From assembly GCA_012295275.1 (NCBI GenBank), contig CM022674.1, positions 8,308,001 through 8,372,000 on the forward strand: DNA of 64,000 nucleotides, written 5' to 3'. Source of the DNA: Chrysomallon squamiferum (Eukaryota; Animalia; Mollusca). The position numbers and the translations under genes are program-made. Below are positions 14,180 through 28,115 of this stretch, in pieces (positions within the stretch are counted from its first letter, which is position 1; each line of letters opens with the position of its first letter). Below the pieces are notes generated by a model. That model saw nothing but the letters and a program-made list of their open reading frames with translations. It made no database searches and was not told where the DNA came from.

Positions 14180-14747
14180 ATTATGATGTCTAAACAACGA
14201 TGTGATTACTCTATTATGTTATTAATTTGTTAGTGCGTTTCGCAATAACTTTAAATATGTTCTGTCATTAGAGTTTCGGAACAGTGAAACACAATAAAGA
14301 AAAAAGAGGAAATGAGATAAAAGAGAAAAGAAAACAATGAAAAGAGAAAAAAAAATAATGACATTTTCAAACTGCTAAAGAAAACTTTTGTCATCTGTCA
14401 TAGTGTTCAGATAATCATTAGAACCACACTGAACACGTTAAATAACAGTCAGTTTTTTTCATAGACGTGAATGGCTTGCATTACTGCGAGGCATGGATTA
14501 AATTCCACACGTAAAATTCAACACGTTTTGTCATTTCGCTTCCGTTCTCTTGAAATCCCAAGGCCATATAAAAAAGAGTTCGTAGTCTTGCCTACACATG
14601 CATTTCTTAGTCTAGAGGAATGTTAATAATTTTGCCTCGAGAATTTCGTTGTACCAATAGAGAGAAAGATAAAAAGAAAGATAGAGTGAAAGAGGGAAGG
14701 AGAGAGGATAAAAATAGAGAAAAAACTAGCTAGGAATAACAGAAAGG

Positions 14748-14750
<3 letters not shown>

Positions 14751-14836
<86 letters not shown>
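14751..14836. repeat. (GA)n microsatellite
   Basis: Direct inspection. Confidence 0.98.
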
Positions 14837-14839
<3 letters not shown>

Positions 14840-15814
14840 TCTGTTTCAAAATCAAAATAGGTATGTGTCAGAAATGCTCTAATGAAAAGGTAATGATATT
14901 TGTGTTTAACTTCTGTAGATGGATAATGGTTTTTCATATGAAATGATTATTTTAAAATAAGTGAAAAAAGATCACCAAGAAAAATAGAAAACGGAAATAG
15001 AAAAGGTTTGTAAAAAATTAAAAGAGAATATTAATATTATCAGATAAGAAATAATCGACTCTTTGACCTTTTCATTTTTGAAAGGATTCTCTGGAAATAG
15101 TCACAGAATGTGTATGTTGTATATATCCTTCTTAATGATTAACCAATTTGTGAAAAGGGAAACTGTTTATATATTTAAACATAAAAACAATGTGCTGTCA
15201 TCTGTACCACTATTATTAACCATTGTTTGGTATATCGAAGGATGCAAAGGTCACACAATGTATTTCAGATATTTATAGAATCTGTTTCACTGTAACTGTT
15301 CATTAGCTCAAAATTGAAGAGTGGTTACAGACATAATTAATAGCGACCTCACTGCAAGAAAAAAGAAACCTTTAATTTCGATATCCGCGCTTCTTCTGCA
15401 TGATAAAATTATTTCAATTTCAGAGATTTCTCTCAGAGTGCATATTAATTACATTATCATCTTTTTTTTTCAGCAGTATAATGACGTTATGTAGTCCTTT
15501 TTATGTCTGCTTTTCTATATAATTATAAAAATCACGATTATTTCTTTATGTTACGTTTTATCTGTAATTATAGAAAACACAGAAGTACGTGTAACATTTC
15601 ACCCCACATCATCGACAGCATTCGAAACAGGATCCTCGACTTGGCAGCACATTTTGTAGCAACAGAGATTTAAAAAAGAAAAGAAAAACTGAACTGCCAC
15701 TGTGTGTGTACATGGCGTTTGCGTTTGTGTTTTGTGAATTTGCATTTATATTTGAGTATATCTCCAAGACAGTGTTTATAATTTCAGTCTTTTTATATTT
15801 ACATATTTACATAT

Positions 15815-16580
15815 TTATGTGTTTGTTATTGTGTGTGTATGTATGTACATGTGTGTAGATGGTAGTATATATGTATGTGTTTGTTATTGTGTATGTATGT
15901 ATGTACATGTATGTAGATGGTAGTATATATGTATGTGTTTGTTATTGTGTGTGTATGTATGTACATGTGTGTAGATGGTAGTATATATGTATGTGTATGT
16001 ATGTATGTGTGTAGATGGTAGTATTTATGTGTTTGTTATTGTGTGTATGTATGTATGTACATGTGTTATAGATGGTGGTAGTATATATGTATGTGTTTGT
16101 TGTGTATGTATGTATGTACATTGTATATGTATGTGTTTGTTATTGTGTATGTACATGTGTGTAGATGGTGTATGTGTTTGTTATTGTATATGTATGTATG
16201 TAGATTTATATATGTATGTGTTTGTTATTGTGTGTGTATGTATGTACATGTATGTAGATGGTAGTATATATAGTGTTTGTTATAGTGTATGTATGTACAT
16301 GTATGTAGATGGTAGTATATATGTATGTGTTTGTTATTGTGTGTGTATGTATGTACATGTATGTAGATGGTAGTATATATGTATGTGTTTGTTATTGTGT
16401 ATGTATGTATGTACATGTATGTAGATGGTGTATTTATGTGTTTGTTATTGTGTGTGTATGTATGTACATGTATGTATATGGTTGTATATATGTATGTGTT
16501 TGTTACTGTGTATGTATGTATGTATGTACATGTATGTATATGGTTGTATATATGTATGTGTGTATGTATGTATATATGTG
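15815..16580. repeat. 58-bp TG/TA-rich minisatellite
   Basis: agatggtag recurs at 15857, 15915 and 15973 (period 58); decays toward (TATG)n. Confidence 0.9.
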
Positions 16581-18469
16581 GATGTGAGCACTGTGTGTTG
16601 TCACTGTGTTAAGTTAACCTAGATTATGTCTGTAAAAAGAAAATTACGATATTGATTTTTATTAAATAAATTCAGTTTTCCTTTGAATTTCACGCTTCAG
16701 TTTATTTTACCCCTTATTCCTGTTGTACCCAGCGAACCTTTTAATAAATGAAATACAAATATCGTGCCCAGAGGTGATATTTTTTAATATTTTAAAATAA
16801 ATACATCAAGTTAATTTTGTTTCAAAACGTTTTAATGAACAAAATAAAACATAGTTTTCTGATAAGTTTGTCACATGATCCACAAAAGTCTAATTATAAT
16901 GTTAAATGTTAAAACTGTGTGTATATTCATGAGATATTAACGCGTATTTTTGATGTAAAATGTTTAAAATCTAAACAGATAAAAACACTGGCAAGTTTAG
17001 CCTGATCAAACGACTGTTTTTGTCTGTTTGTAATGAGTAATAATGATTTTTATATTAAATGTTTCATAAATAATAACAATATAGGTTTTGTTTAGTCAGA
17101 ATTAGAAACTCGTTAAGTAAATTCGGCAAATATTTCTGATTAATTACAAATTATGCAGTGGTTGTTTTATGTTTGTTTTTTGTTGTTGTTTTTTTGTTGT
17201 TTTTTGTCGTTGCTTTATTGCTGTTGTTTTTGTTGTTGTTGGGTTTTATGCAATATTTTTCGTTATTATTATTATTATTATTACTATTCTATTTCAGAGA
17301 TATTTAGGTTTAGCTTTCTCAGTAGTTGAAGATTTCAGCAGACACGACAGAAATCGTTTACAGGTCAGAATCACTCAGCATTTGTTTAAATGTTCAAACT
17401 CAATGTAGACTGTGTTTTTAACGTGAGCCACGTCAGATAAAACTGACAAACTGAAAGTTCACCAGCGTAATTTGACTTCACGAAGATTTGACTGTTTTTT
17501 ATTTCAGAGATTCCGGAACTCAGTATCATTTGATGAACAAGAGTTTTTGTCTCTTTCTTAATTAACCGCATGACCAATATTTTGTTGGTTTCTTATTTCG
17601 TATAATGTTTTTAAAAGAACAAATGAGCGAGAAAACAACAGGACTGCTGAAAAAATAGGTTTGTCCCGAGAGGCTGTTGAGGCGCTGAATATGGAGACTA
17701 TGATTTTATAACACGCACAGACACTCATACACGAATATGCACATTCATCAATAACTGATATACTACATAACACACACTCAGATGCAGACAAAGACGCACA
17801 CACATACATATATAACATTCATATACAACAACGATTTACCATTATCATACACATGCAAACACACACACGTACACATGCAAACACACACACGTACACACAC
17901 AAATCCACAAGTACGACGATATATCTGGGTTTTTTTTTTTTTTTTTTTTTGTCATTGCTCTACAATTTTCTGCTAGCTCTTTTCTGCGGTTACTTATGCG
18001 TTTTGAAATTAAGATTCATAGTAGGTGCTCTGTAAGTACACATGAAACAGATATGTTAAGAAAGCGATAAAGCAGTTCCGCGGTAAAACGTTTTTAAAAC
18101 AGAAATGATTGATGCCACAGCTTTATCGAGATTATACTGCTACCAAATACATAATATTAACTACTGAAGTGAAATTCATACTTCATTTATAACCAATGTC
18201 AGATATAAAAACAACATCAGATTATTGAACCCGCAGTTTTAATATCTTTTCCTATCGATATCAGATGCACTGCATTAAATTACTGAAAATGAACTTTTCA
18301 GAATCATTACATTGATGTGAACTTTAAGAAAATATTGAATTTTCTCTCGTCTGAAACTTTATCTTGATGATGAAGATGACAAAGATGATGATGATGATAA
18401 GTACCTAATCCTTATTAATTAATGTGTAACTTAAAAGGTATAATAGTTTAAAAGTATTCTGATACGTAC

Positions 18470-18567
18470 CTTTGTAAACAAAATAAAATTGTGAACGGGA
18501 CTTTTCTCCAGTTGCCACTTCTTCACAAAGCAGATGTCTAATCGTCGCAGTCGCAGTGTAAAGCTTT
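18470..18567 (-). other. Probable internal exon (98 nt, likely 5'UTR) of a large minus-strand gene
   Basis: Minus strand: acceptor tttgttgttttctctcgattctacag| and donor aaag|gtacgt; no recognisable protein motif. Confidence 0.5.
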
Positions 18568-18762
18568 CTGTAGAATCGAGAGAAAACAACAAATATTGAA
18601 ATTAAAGACTCAGAGATATTGATATATCAGGTGTATGGTATTAGCCCATAGGAAAACATTTTTTATATTAATTATCAAATCACATTTCACCGCAGTGTAG
18701 CTTTCTTGTATCGATGATAAACTGAGATGTATGTATGAACAAGACAATAATTGTTTTATATA

Positions 18763-19556
18763 CCTTATATACTTGTGTATAAGTCGAATTTTTGGGAGAC
18801 TATATTAAGGTAATATTTTGGGGGTCGACTTATACATAGGTAATGCTTTTGTAGCTGTTGCTGAAGAGTCGCCATTTTGACTATTTTTTGCTACGGGATG
18901 CATCTAAAATAATCGTGGTCTTTCAGCTTATCAAAAATATAATTTTATCGTATAAAAAATTTTGAAAAATTAAATAACAAAACCAAATATGAATGTAAAA
19001 CATGATATTCTTCCGTTTAATGACTTAAAAATACATTTTAAAGCGAGAAAACCGTCAGTACGGCGTTATGCCTTACGGCGTCTTGCAATGATCTAGGAAT
19101 GCAGACTTCTCTGCCAAATTGCACTAAATATCGGTCCCAATTTCATAAACAAAACTCACTTGTGTAATTGTAAAGAATTTGGTGAAATAATATTGCAGTC
19201 GTCATTAATATCCACTACCGACAAATCGAAAACAAACTAAATTTCTATAAACGTTCTGCAACAAAAATCAGTTCAACTTCTCGCCATATTTATGATACAT
19301 TTAGGCTATAGCTCGTGTAATACATGCATTTACGTTATTATGGTATGTTCGAGCAAATTACAGCTCGTGCAAGTTATGTTACAGTAGGCGTACAATGTAG
19401 GCCTTCATGGCACTGTCACACTGGTCTAAAAATAGTGACGGTGCCTGGAATCTACAGTCGACTTATACACAAGTAATACCTAAAATGACGCAATTTTTGG
19501 TCTTAAAATACACATCGACTTATACATAAGGTCGCCTTGTACACAAGTATATACGG
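18763..19556. mobile_element. Tc2/pogo-type non-autonomous DNA transposon
   Basis: TIRs ccttatatacttgtgtataagtcga versus ccgtatatacttgtgtacaaggcga (reverse complement of right end). TA at left (18761-62), CA (mutated) at right. Internal tcgacttatac repeats near 18826, 19458 and 19516. Confidence 0.85.
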
Positions 19557-20199
19557 CATATTTATTTATTTGTATTTATTTATTTTTTATTTTTTATTTT
19601 TTTTATTTTTTATTTTATTTTATTTTATTTTATTTTTTTCATGTGAGAAATGTTACTTTGCTCTAAAAAAAGAAAAGAGAAAAAGAAGAAATAAATGATT
19701 TAATATGCAAAGAAGCGTTTAATTCCTTGCCGGTTTGAAATCTGACACGGATTTTAAAATTGTTGTTACAAATTCAGTTACATGTGTTAGTAATAGGATT
19801 TTTAAAATGAAAAATCATTCAGCTGATAAATTTCTATTAAACATGTCTTTCAAGCAAATGATTATTTACAACATTGATCACAATTAGTGTTTACGTTCTG
19901 ATTATTTTCTCCTCACAATTTTTACATTTATTTTATTTTTTCAGTTATAATAATAATAATAAGAAGAATAATAAGAAGAAGAAGAAGAAGAAGAAGAAAT
20001 CAGAAAAAGATGATGAATAACAGTAATAATAATAATAATCATGATAATGATTTTGATGACGTTGTTAGTGATGGTGATAATAAAAGAAACAAAAATAAAA
20101 AGAAGTATTTTTCAAGTGATAAATTATTAATTAAAAGATATTCTTTCAGAAATTGATTATTTCTGTCACTGTTGAGTTTATTTTTTATAAATACTTCTT

Positions 20200-20300
20200 T
20201 ATCACAGGACACTGGTTTTCCTTGAGCAGAAGTCCACGACTGCATCAAAGATTACGGTGTAGTCGACCCTGTCGTGCAAGATTGCATGTTACTAATCGAT
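20200..20300 (+). mobile_element. Degenerate SINE central-domain fragment (MetaSINE-like)
   Basis: ccacgactg..atcaaag...ccctgtc...tgcat...ctaatcga follows the order of the remembered MetaSINE core and is partly reverse-complementary to 42012-42034. Confidence 0.35.
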
Positions 20301-20414
20301 ATACTTTTCAGACATAATAAATTAATTATAAATACATGGATGTATGTGTTAGTATTTGGGTATGTATAATATTTCTGTGTATAATGTACATTTGTAACTT
20401 TTTCTGTACACTGT

Positions 20415-20951
20415 GTCAGTGTCTGTTTTTGAATGTGTATGATAGTGTGCGTCTATGTTTAAATATATGTGAGTGTGAGTGAGAGAGTGAGTGAGAGAAT
20501 GTGTGTGTTGTGTATGTATATTTGAGTGTTTGTGTTTGAGTGTTTTCTGTAAGTGTATGTGTTTGAATGATATAAGGTGTGTGTATTTTTGTATGTTTGA
20601 CTGTTATGTGTTTGAATGTGTGAATGAGTTTGTATTTGAGTGTATCCTGTAAGAGTATATATTTCAATGTGTGTATTTTTGTATATTTGAGCGATATGTG
20701 TTTGAGTGTGTGTGTGTGTGTGTGTTTCTGAGTGATACGTACGTGCGTATGTGTGTATGCGCATGTGTGTTTGTGTTTAAGCTTTAGGTATATGTATATA
20801 TGTTTTAATGTGTATATTATGTAGATGAATGCAGAATTAAATTTCAAAATTAAGAAGGAAATATCTACCAAGTCGCGTTTTCTTCAACAGTGTTGTCACT
20901 GAGCTTACAGTTAATATATACACAGGTGAAAAATGGAAAAGGCTATGTATC

Positions 20952-21023
<72 letters not shown>

Positions 21024-21040
21024 CATATATACATACATGC
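20415..21040. repeat. Degenerate TG-rich low-complexity tract plus (AT)n at 20955-21017
   Basis: Direct inspection. Confidence 0.85.
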
Positions 21041-21780
21041 ATATGGCCTTTTCCTTTTTTTCGCCTCTTTGAAACGTAAACATTTTCATTAATTATAATT
21101 ACACGTGGATCTAATTAATAAAGTCAGATTATCAAAGTTAATTCTGAATATGGCTGAGACAGTCAAAGAGAAAATTAACCTGCAGGAAACACCCGAGGTG
21201 AAACCAGATTATTTCTTTCTTGTGCGATACGGCAATTACTAAGAAGGGTGAAACGTGAATTAGATTAGATTTCAGTCGAGGTCTTTGAACTGTGCTTTCA
21301 ACAGCTTCATGCGTAGCCTGCTGTGTTCGAAGAATAAATCTCCACTTCTAATCCTGTTGACAGAAAAAGAAATTGTTTTATATGCGGTACTTCATTTATT
21401 TCGCTAATCAGACGAACGTGAAATAAACATGTATATCCGTGGGTTGTATAAATGTGTTATCCAATGCCCACTGGCGCTGTATGAGTATTAATAAATGAAG
21501 ATGATTTGGTTATTAAAGTTGTTACTGAACGTCCGCTTCCAGTCTTTCCTTTTGTATGCGATTGAGTCACCGCGGATGAGACCATTGAAAGGCTTACAAA
21601 TTATTCATTATATCCGTATTTTATGCTTCGTTGTTGCATAACGAGAATATGTAGATGTTGCATAAGTGGTGATAAATCAAAATAAAAAAGCAACAACAAG
21701 GACAAAAAGAAATAAAAAAAACTCTGTGAACTGAAATTAAATTTCTGATCTGAATATTACTTCTTTCACTTAGATGTCGA

Positions 21781-22333
21781 TCATTTTATTGTCATTACAG
21801 AATGTAGAATTTCACTTAGATCATTTTATTGTCATTACAGAATGTAGAATTTCACTTAGATCATTTTATTGTCACTGCAGAATGTAGAATTTCACTTAGA
21901 TCATTTTATTGTCACTACAGAATGTAGAATTTCACTTAGATCATTTTATTGTCACTACAGAATGTAGAATTTCACATAGATCATTTTATTTTCATTACAG
22001 AATGTAGAATTTCACTTAGATCATTTTATTTTCATTACAGAATGTAGAATTTCACATAGATCATTTTATTGTCACTACAGAATGTAGAATTTCATTTAGA
22101 TCATTTTATTGTCATTACAGAATGTAGAATTTCACATAGATCATTTTATTGTCATTACAGAATGTAGAATTTCACATAGATCATTTTATTGTCACTACAG
22201 AATGTAGAATTTCACTTAGATCATTTTATTGTCATTACAGAATGTAGAATTTCACATAGATCATTTTATTTTCATTACAGAATGTAGAATTTCACTTAGA
22301 TCATTTTATTTTCATTACAGAATGTAGAATTTC
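21781..22333. repeat. 40-bp minisatellite, about 14 copies
   Basis: Unit ttcacttagatcattttattgtcattacagaatgtagaat, exact period 40, only a few variable sites, no spacers. Confidence 0.97.
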
Positions 22334-22829
22334 TCTGGTAGTTGTTGCGAGTTCGTTTATATAGTATTTCCTGATTTAATTTTGCGACAGTCTACATTTT
22401 AACACATAACTAATCTTCAGTGAAAAATATAGATTCAGTGTAAATATGTATAGTTAGAAAAAGTGCACATAGACATTGGCTGATGAGGAAAAATTGTCGA
22501 CATATAAAGAGAATAATTTGACAAAACGTATGATGACAAATGATAGATATATATTCAGAGTATGCTTAGAATGCCAACCCAGTGTCCATATTCAATTCTA
22601 AAAAATTTACAAACGAAAGTATCTAAATGTTTTCCAAATCATTTCAAATATTTATCATTTGTTTGCTAAAAACATATGATGACATCTCCCTGTTTTTGAT
22701 ATATGTTTGACTAAATACAGTTAATTTTTTTTAATTTTTTTTTATCACTATTCAGATTAAAGAATTAAATCCCCTATACGTTTTAAACAAAATTATAATA
22801 TAATTTAATTCCTTAAAAAAAACCCAAAG

Positions 22830-22841
22830 AAAAACAAAACA

Positions 22842-22872
<31 letters not shown>

Positions 22873-22894
22873 CAAAAACAAAAACAAACAAAAC

Positions 22895-22928
<34 letters not shown>
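22830..22928. repeat. (AAAAC/AAAAAC)n simple repeat
   Basis: Direct inspection. Confidence 0.9.
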
Positions 22929-23775
22929 CGTGGGTTGGACATTCAAATGCTGCCCACGTTTAAAATGCGACAAAGAAACACCCGTTACAATATCTCATGA
23001 AAACGTTTATTAAATATATAACATGTCGCTATAATAATTACATATTAGCATGTGAAATTGTAATAAAGAAGAATTATAAAAATTCACTTTTCTCATTCAT
23101 TAGTTTTATTAGTTTACCTTTAATGGCCTCACTGCAGATTTTGCGGAATAATATAAAAAAGGCTGTTGAACTGTACATATAATACTCATCAACGTTCAGC
23201 ATGTGGCTTAAAATAATTTATATTCTTGTTTGATGGGCGAATTACTATACACTGTTCTCAGAAAGAGGAAGAAAACAAGGCAGTAAATAATTAGATTTTT
23301 TTTCCTTTTTGTGAAATTTGAAGGTACGTTTAATATCAGCGCTAATAAACGGAAATCAGAATTCTAGGAGTTATTACTGCTTACAAAGAACACGGATGTC
23401 ATATTACACGTATTAAAGTCAGACCAGACGGCATAAAAAGACTCTTCATAAACTGAAAGTACTACATCCTCTAACATCAAGATGTAATGAGAGACGGTAA
23501 TTCAGAGCTTCGTATGGTGATCTTCTGGGGAAAAAAATAACCCTTGATTACATATAAAGAAGTATTAAAATTCAGTTTTTAACAAAAAGTGTAAATAAAA
23601 TTCACTTGCGTCATTAAAACCATCAAAAGCCGCTAATATTTGCCGAATGAAAAAAAAAAATTAAATAACTTTTTTAATGTGTTCTTTGTGTATAAAGGGA
23701 TATGTTTCAGACTGTCTAAATTCCAGTCCCTGAAACTTTTTTTTAATACGGTTAACAGAACCAGTAATAACAAAA

Positions 23776-23955
23776 GTAGTTATAGTAGTAGTAGTAGTAG
23801 TAGTAGTGATAGTAGTAGTAGTAGTAGTAGAGGTAGTACTAGTAGTAGTTGAAGTTGTAGTAGTAGTATAGTAGTACTGGTAGTAACAGTAGTAGTAGCA
23901 GTAGTAGTAGTAGTCGTAGTAGTAGCAGCAGTAGTTGTAGTAATTGTAATAGTAC
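23776..23955. repeat. (GTA)n microsatellite, degenerate
   Basis: Direct inspection. Confidence 0.92.
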
Positions 23956-25743
23956 AAATGGAATTGGTAGCAGTAACTGTAGAAGAAATCGTAGTTTAAA
24001 AACACTAATAAAATCAAAATAATTTTATAAATTATAGAAACAATTAGTATTGGAATAATAATAATGATGATGATGATGGTAATAAAGGGAGGAAGATATA
24101 ATCTATATCTTTAGAATTAGGTCACATGTCAGAAATAATGAAGAAATTCTGAGTGATCGTTACCTGAATTTACTCAACTCAAGTCAAATTTTTATTCACT
24201 GCCATGAAATTCGATAAAAAAAAAAGAACACTCACATTTCTAAAACATTTCTGTACTACAAATATTAATAGACACTAATAAATCATAAAGTTTTTTTTTT
24301 TTTCAAATATAATTTTAGTAGAAATTCCTTCTTACCTTCAGTAACGTTGTATTAAATGCTAAGAGTCTTTTTGCATTAAAATGCCTTCGTTTGATTTACT
24401 GACTTTCTTAAAACGAAGCACTTCACTAATTCTTCTGAAGTTAATCCACATTCACAATATGCAGCCTGCCCGCTTTCAGCAATAATTTGTTCGAAAAGAT
24501 AAGAATGAAATTTAAGAAAAGTGCATGTTAAATGTTAGAGGTAAAACAAACTCGGGTAAATTCTTTGATTATTGTGTGTTGACATCCAACGTACAATTAA
24601 AGTCGACATTCAAACAGACACTTAAAGACACATTTCTTTTTCAAACAGTATAAAAAAAAGATGTGAAAAAAACATTCAGTGCAGCCTAAAATACGAAACA
24701 TTAGTTTTCTTTCATCGCTTTATTGCCTCTTAACGAGAATCGACCGACTATTGGCAGTATTTAAGACAAATTGTCAAGAAATCACTTTTGGTGCTTTATG
24801 AATTAGTGCGGTATTCAGGGTTTTATCGAATGGGCACTTTGAACAAACACAGGCAATGGCAGCTTTATCTTCAGCACAGCCGTGGAGGGATGTTCTGTCA
24901 ATTATAAGTAATGGATTTACTTTACTGTCACGTCTATTAACCAAAGGATGCTACAGATATTTCAACACACTGTTATATAAGGCTAAAATCTGGCTAATTT
25001 TTCCGCAATGTTAATCATTATTTTATTTTTTGGGGTCATTTTTTAACAGCCATTATCATCGTTTTGTACTTTTCAACAAGAACGATTACAGAGTTCAGAA
25101 AAGAAAAAAAATATGGTTGATCTATAACTTTATTTTGACACGATGTAAGCTTTATTATTAAAAATAAAAATAAAACATAAATAAATAGTAACATAAATAT
25201 ATGCATACAAACATAGATAATAAAATTAGTAAATAGATACAACAAAAGGAAAACAATCTCAGAACATATAATTATACGTTTATAAATGGCAGTATACAAC
25301 TACTACAGCTGAATGCCTGTTAAATCAAGTTAATATTTTAAAGGTGAGCGATATTACATAACTGAAGGTATTTGCGAGATATATAATTATAATGTGTTTT
25401 ATAGTTTACACACGATATCTTTACGTAACTGAATTACAACACGCGCGTGTTGTTAATTAGTCGTGTAGACCAACAACTGCGAAAATGTTTGAGTTAATCT
25501 AGACTCGAGTCAACACGTTATAAGTTACATGTTTATGTCTTTTTAAAATATTATTTGCTGTTTTCTCTCTAAAAGTCTCTATCTCTCTCTCTCTACCTCT
25601 CTCTCTCTCTTTCTCTCAGAATATATGCAACGTGATACATTAAAAATAAACCATGGCAAGACTTAAAAAAGATAAAGATAAATGTGTGTGCGAAAGAGAG
25701 AGAGAGAAAAAAAATGAAGAGAGTTGACAATAAATAGAAAGAT

Positions 25744-25856
<113 letters not shown>

Positions 25857-25947
25857 TATATATAATAATTACCTCTTTATATGTAATTCTATATATATAT
25901 TTATAAAGGCACTCTGTACCTAACTGACTCTGTTGATATCGACTCAC

Positions 25948-26181
25948 TGGGGACGATACACTTGATTACATACGATCGCGGGCAGACTGGATACCGGACA
26001 CCGGATCAGGATTAGGCTTAGTGGATAATGAACAGGTGAACAACGGAGATAAGCTTGCAACACGCAAGCAAAGTGAGACTAAAAGCACACAGACAGACTG
26101 GAGAATACGTCATGCTAGTCTCATGTAAGTGAACACTGCTCTCGTAAAATGAAACACGAAAGAGTGGAAAAAATCACTGAC
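25948..26181 (-). other. Candidate 5'UTR or alternative first exon
   Basis: Locally GC- and CpG-richer island; minus-strand acceptor tttctcactttgcag| and donor ccca|gtgagt; only short ORFs. Confidence 0.4.
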
Positions 26182-26695
26182 CTGCAAAGTGAGAAACCTC
26201 GTCTAGACATAACCAGAAAGAAAAAGTATATTTTATAATCATGTTCTGAACAGGAAACTTTTGATATTAGCGTCACAAACATAGGTGTGATCTGAAATAG
26301 CTTGTGAAAGAAAATCGCTAAATCTTTCTCGTTTGAGAAATTCTTAATTAAAAGGAAACAACAGTGAAAGGAAACGTCGTCACGATGATGTTATCACTGT
26401 TGAATGGATTGTAGTCTTCCGGCGAGGTTTTGTTACACACACGCACACTATTGACTGTCTTCCTGTCTATATCGGTGTGTGTCTGTGTGCGTGTGTGTGT
26501 GCGCGTATGTGAGTGAGAAAATTTACATTTACGAAAGCCAGCAGAAAAAAAAATTAAACCAAATAATAATAGCATGTGGAACAAGAACAAGAATTAGAAC
26601 AAAAACAAAAAAATACATCACTAAAGCTAACTGTGTTTCTCTAATAATAATAAATGAATTTATGATAATGTTTATAGCGAGTCAAACTTCTTTTA

Positions 26696-26734
<39 letters not shown>

Positions 26735-27189
26735 ATTGCTTTTGTGATTAAATGAAAACATATACACACTCGCCAAATGCGATTTACTATCAAATTTCTT
26801 ATTACTTTGTTTAAAGAAGCGGAAGTAACGTGGCGGCAATGAATGCAAATTTTAATATTCTCCCAATTTATTCTCCCTTATGCACAGATGGTCTTTTAAC
26901 AAGGACCAGGAAATTGCTTTTTGTGAAATGTTCCAAGAAAATATCTCCTACGTTTAGTCTTCAAAGAAATAATGTCCTGGGGTTCCAGACCCGAAATTAA
27001 AGCCGACTGAAATTAGCTTATATGTTAACTAACGCAGTGAGAGCTTTAATCAGCTCGTATCATGGTTCGTTTAAGAATTTGAAATTTTTGTTTCTAACAA
27101 AGAGAAAGTTAGCTCGGTAAAGGATAAACGGGTTCAGAATAATAAGCGTACATTGAGTCTTTTATAGACATTTATAGACACTTCTGTAA

Positions 27190-27191
27190 TA

Positions 27192-27232
<41 letters not shown>

Positions 27233-27420
27233 TAATAATAACAATAACAATAACAATAACAATAATAATAATAATAATAAAGACCACAACAACAACAACA
27301 ATAACACCAATAATAATAATAATAATAACAACAACAATAATAATAACAATAATAATAATGATAATAACAACAATAACAATAATAATAATGATAATGATAA
27401 TAATCATCATAATGAAGATG
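27190..27420. repeat. Compound (AAT)/(AAC)/(GAT) microsatellite
   Basis: Direct inspection. Confidence 0.93.
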
Positions 27421-27904
27421 AGCTGATAATGATGATAATAACTATAACGATGGTGACGAAGCAGAAGAAGCAGCAAAGGTAACAAAAACAAAAACGATGA
27501 TGATGATGACAACGACGATGACGAAAATGATGAACTACTGGGAAAATGAGCAGTAGCTTAAAACAGTATTAATTATGAAAATTATTATAACTGTTAAAAT
27601 AATGAAGTAAAAATGATCACGATAACAACAGCAGCAACAAGAAAAGCTAGTAATATAACATAACGAACAAATGCATAGGCTCATGAAAAATACTTGCGTG
27701 CTAATATAAGTTTTTAATAAGTGTATTGCATGTCTTGTAACATACAAAAATATTGTATCACCTTGCGTTTTTTTTTTCATTTATACCTGTTAATGAAGTT
27801 TACCTATACGTACCTGTTTATTTCATATTTACTAAAGAGCACTTTGCGTTGTTACCTTGATTAATGTAATATTTTGAAACCTGTCCACATTACTAACCAC
27901 TTAC

Positions 27905-28115
27905 ACGGCTTTAGCGACGTGGTGGACAACTGAAACAACTCTGAGCTTGGAGCTAGGGAATTCGGCTGAAGGAAATGGTGAACTATTCACTTTGAGGCGA
28001 TGGCGGCCTGTCCCCCGGGAGCTGCGGATTCTGAACCCGTGACAGACGGCATCGTTAGACTTTGTCCAATGCAGGTTAATATATGCTGCTGTCACATGGA
28101 CAGTTTAACCAATGG
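27905..28115 (-). promoter_or_regulatory. Candidate promoter and non-coding first exon
   Basis: GC-rich island; CCAAT at 28066-70 and 28109-13; TATA-like catatattaa (minus strand, 28076-85); donor ccgt|gtaagt at 27904; short uORF MPSVTGSESAAPGGQAAIASK*. Confidence 0.5.

Noticed and set aside
21781-22333. CRISPR-like regular 40-bp array
   Set aside because: Units are contiguous with no unique spacers, there are no cas genes, and the context is eukaryotic.
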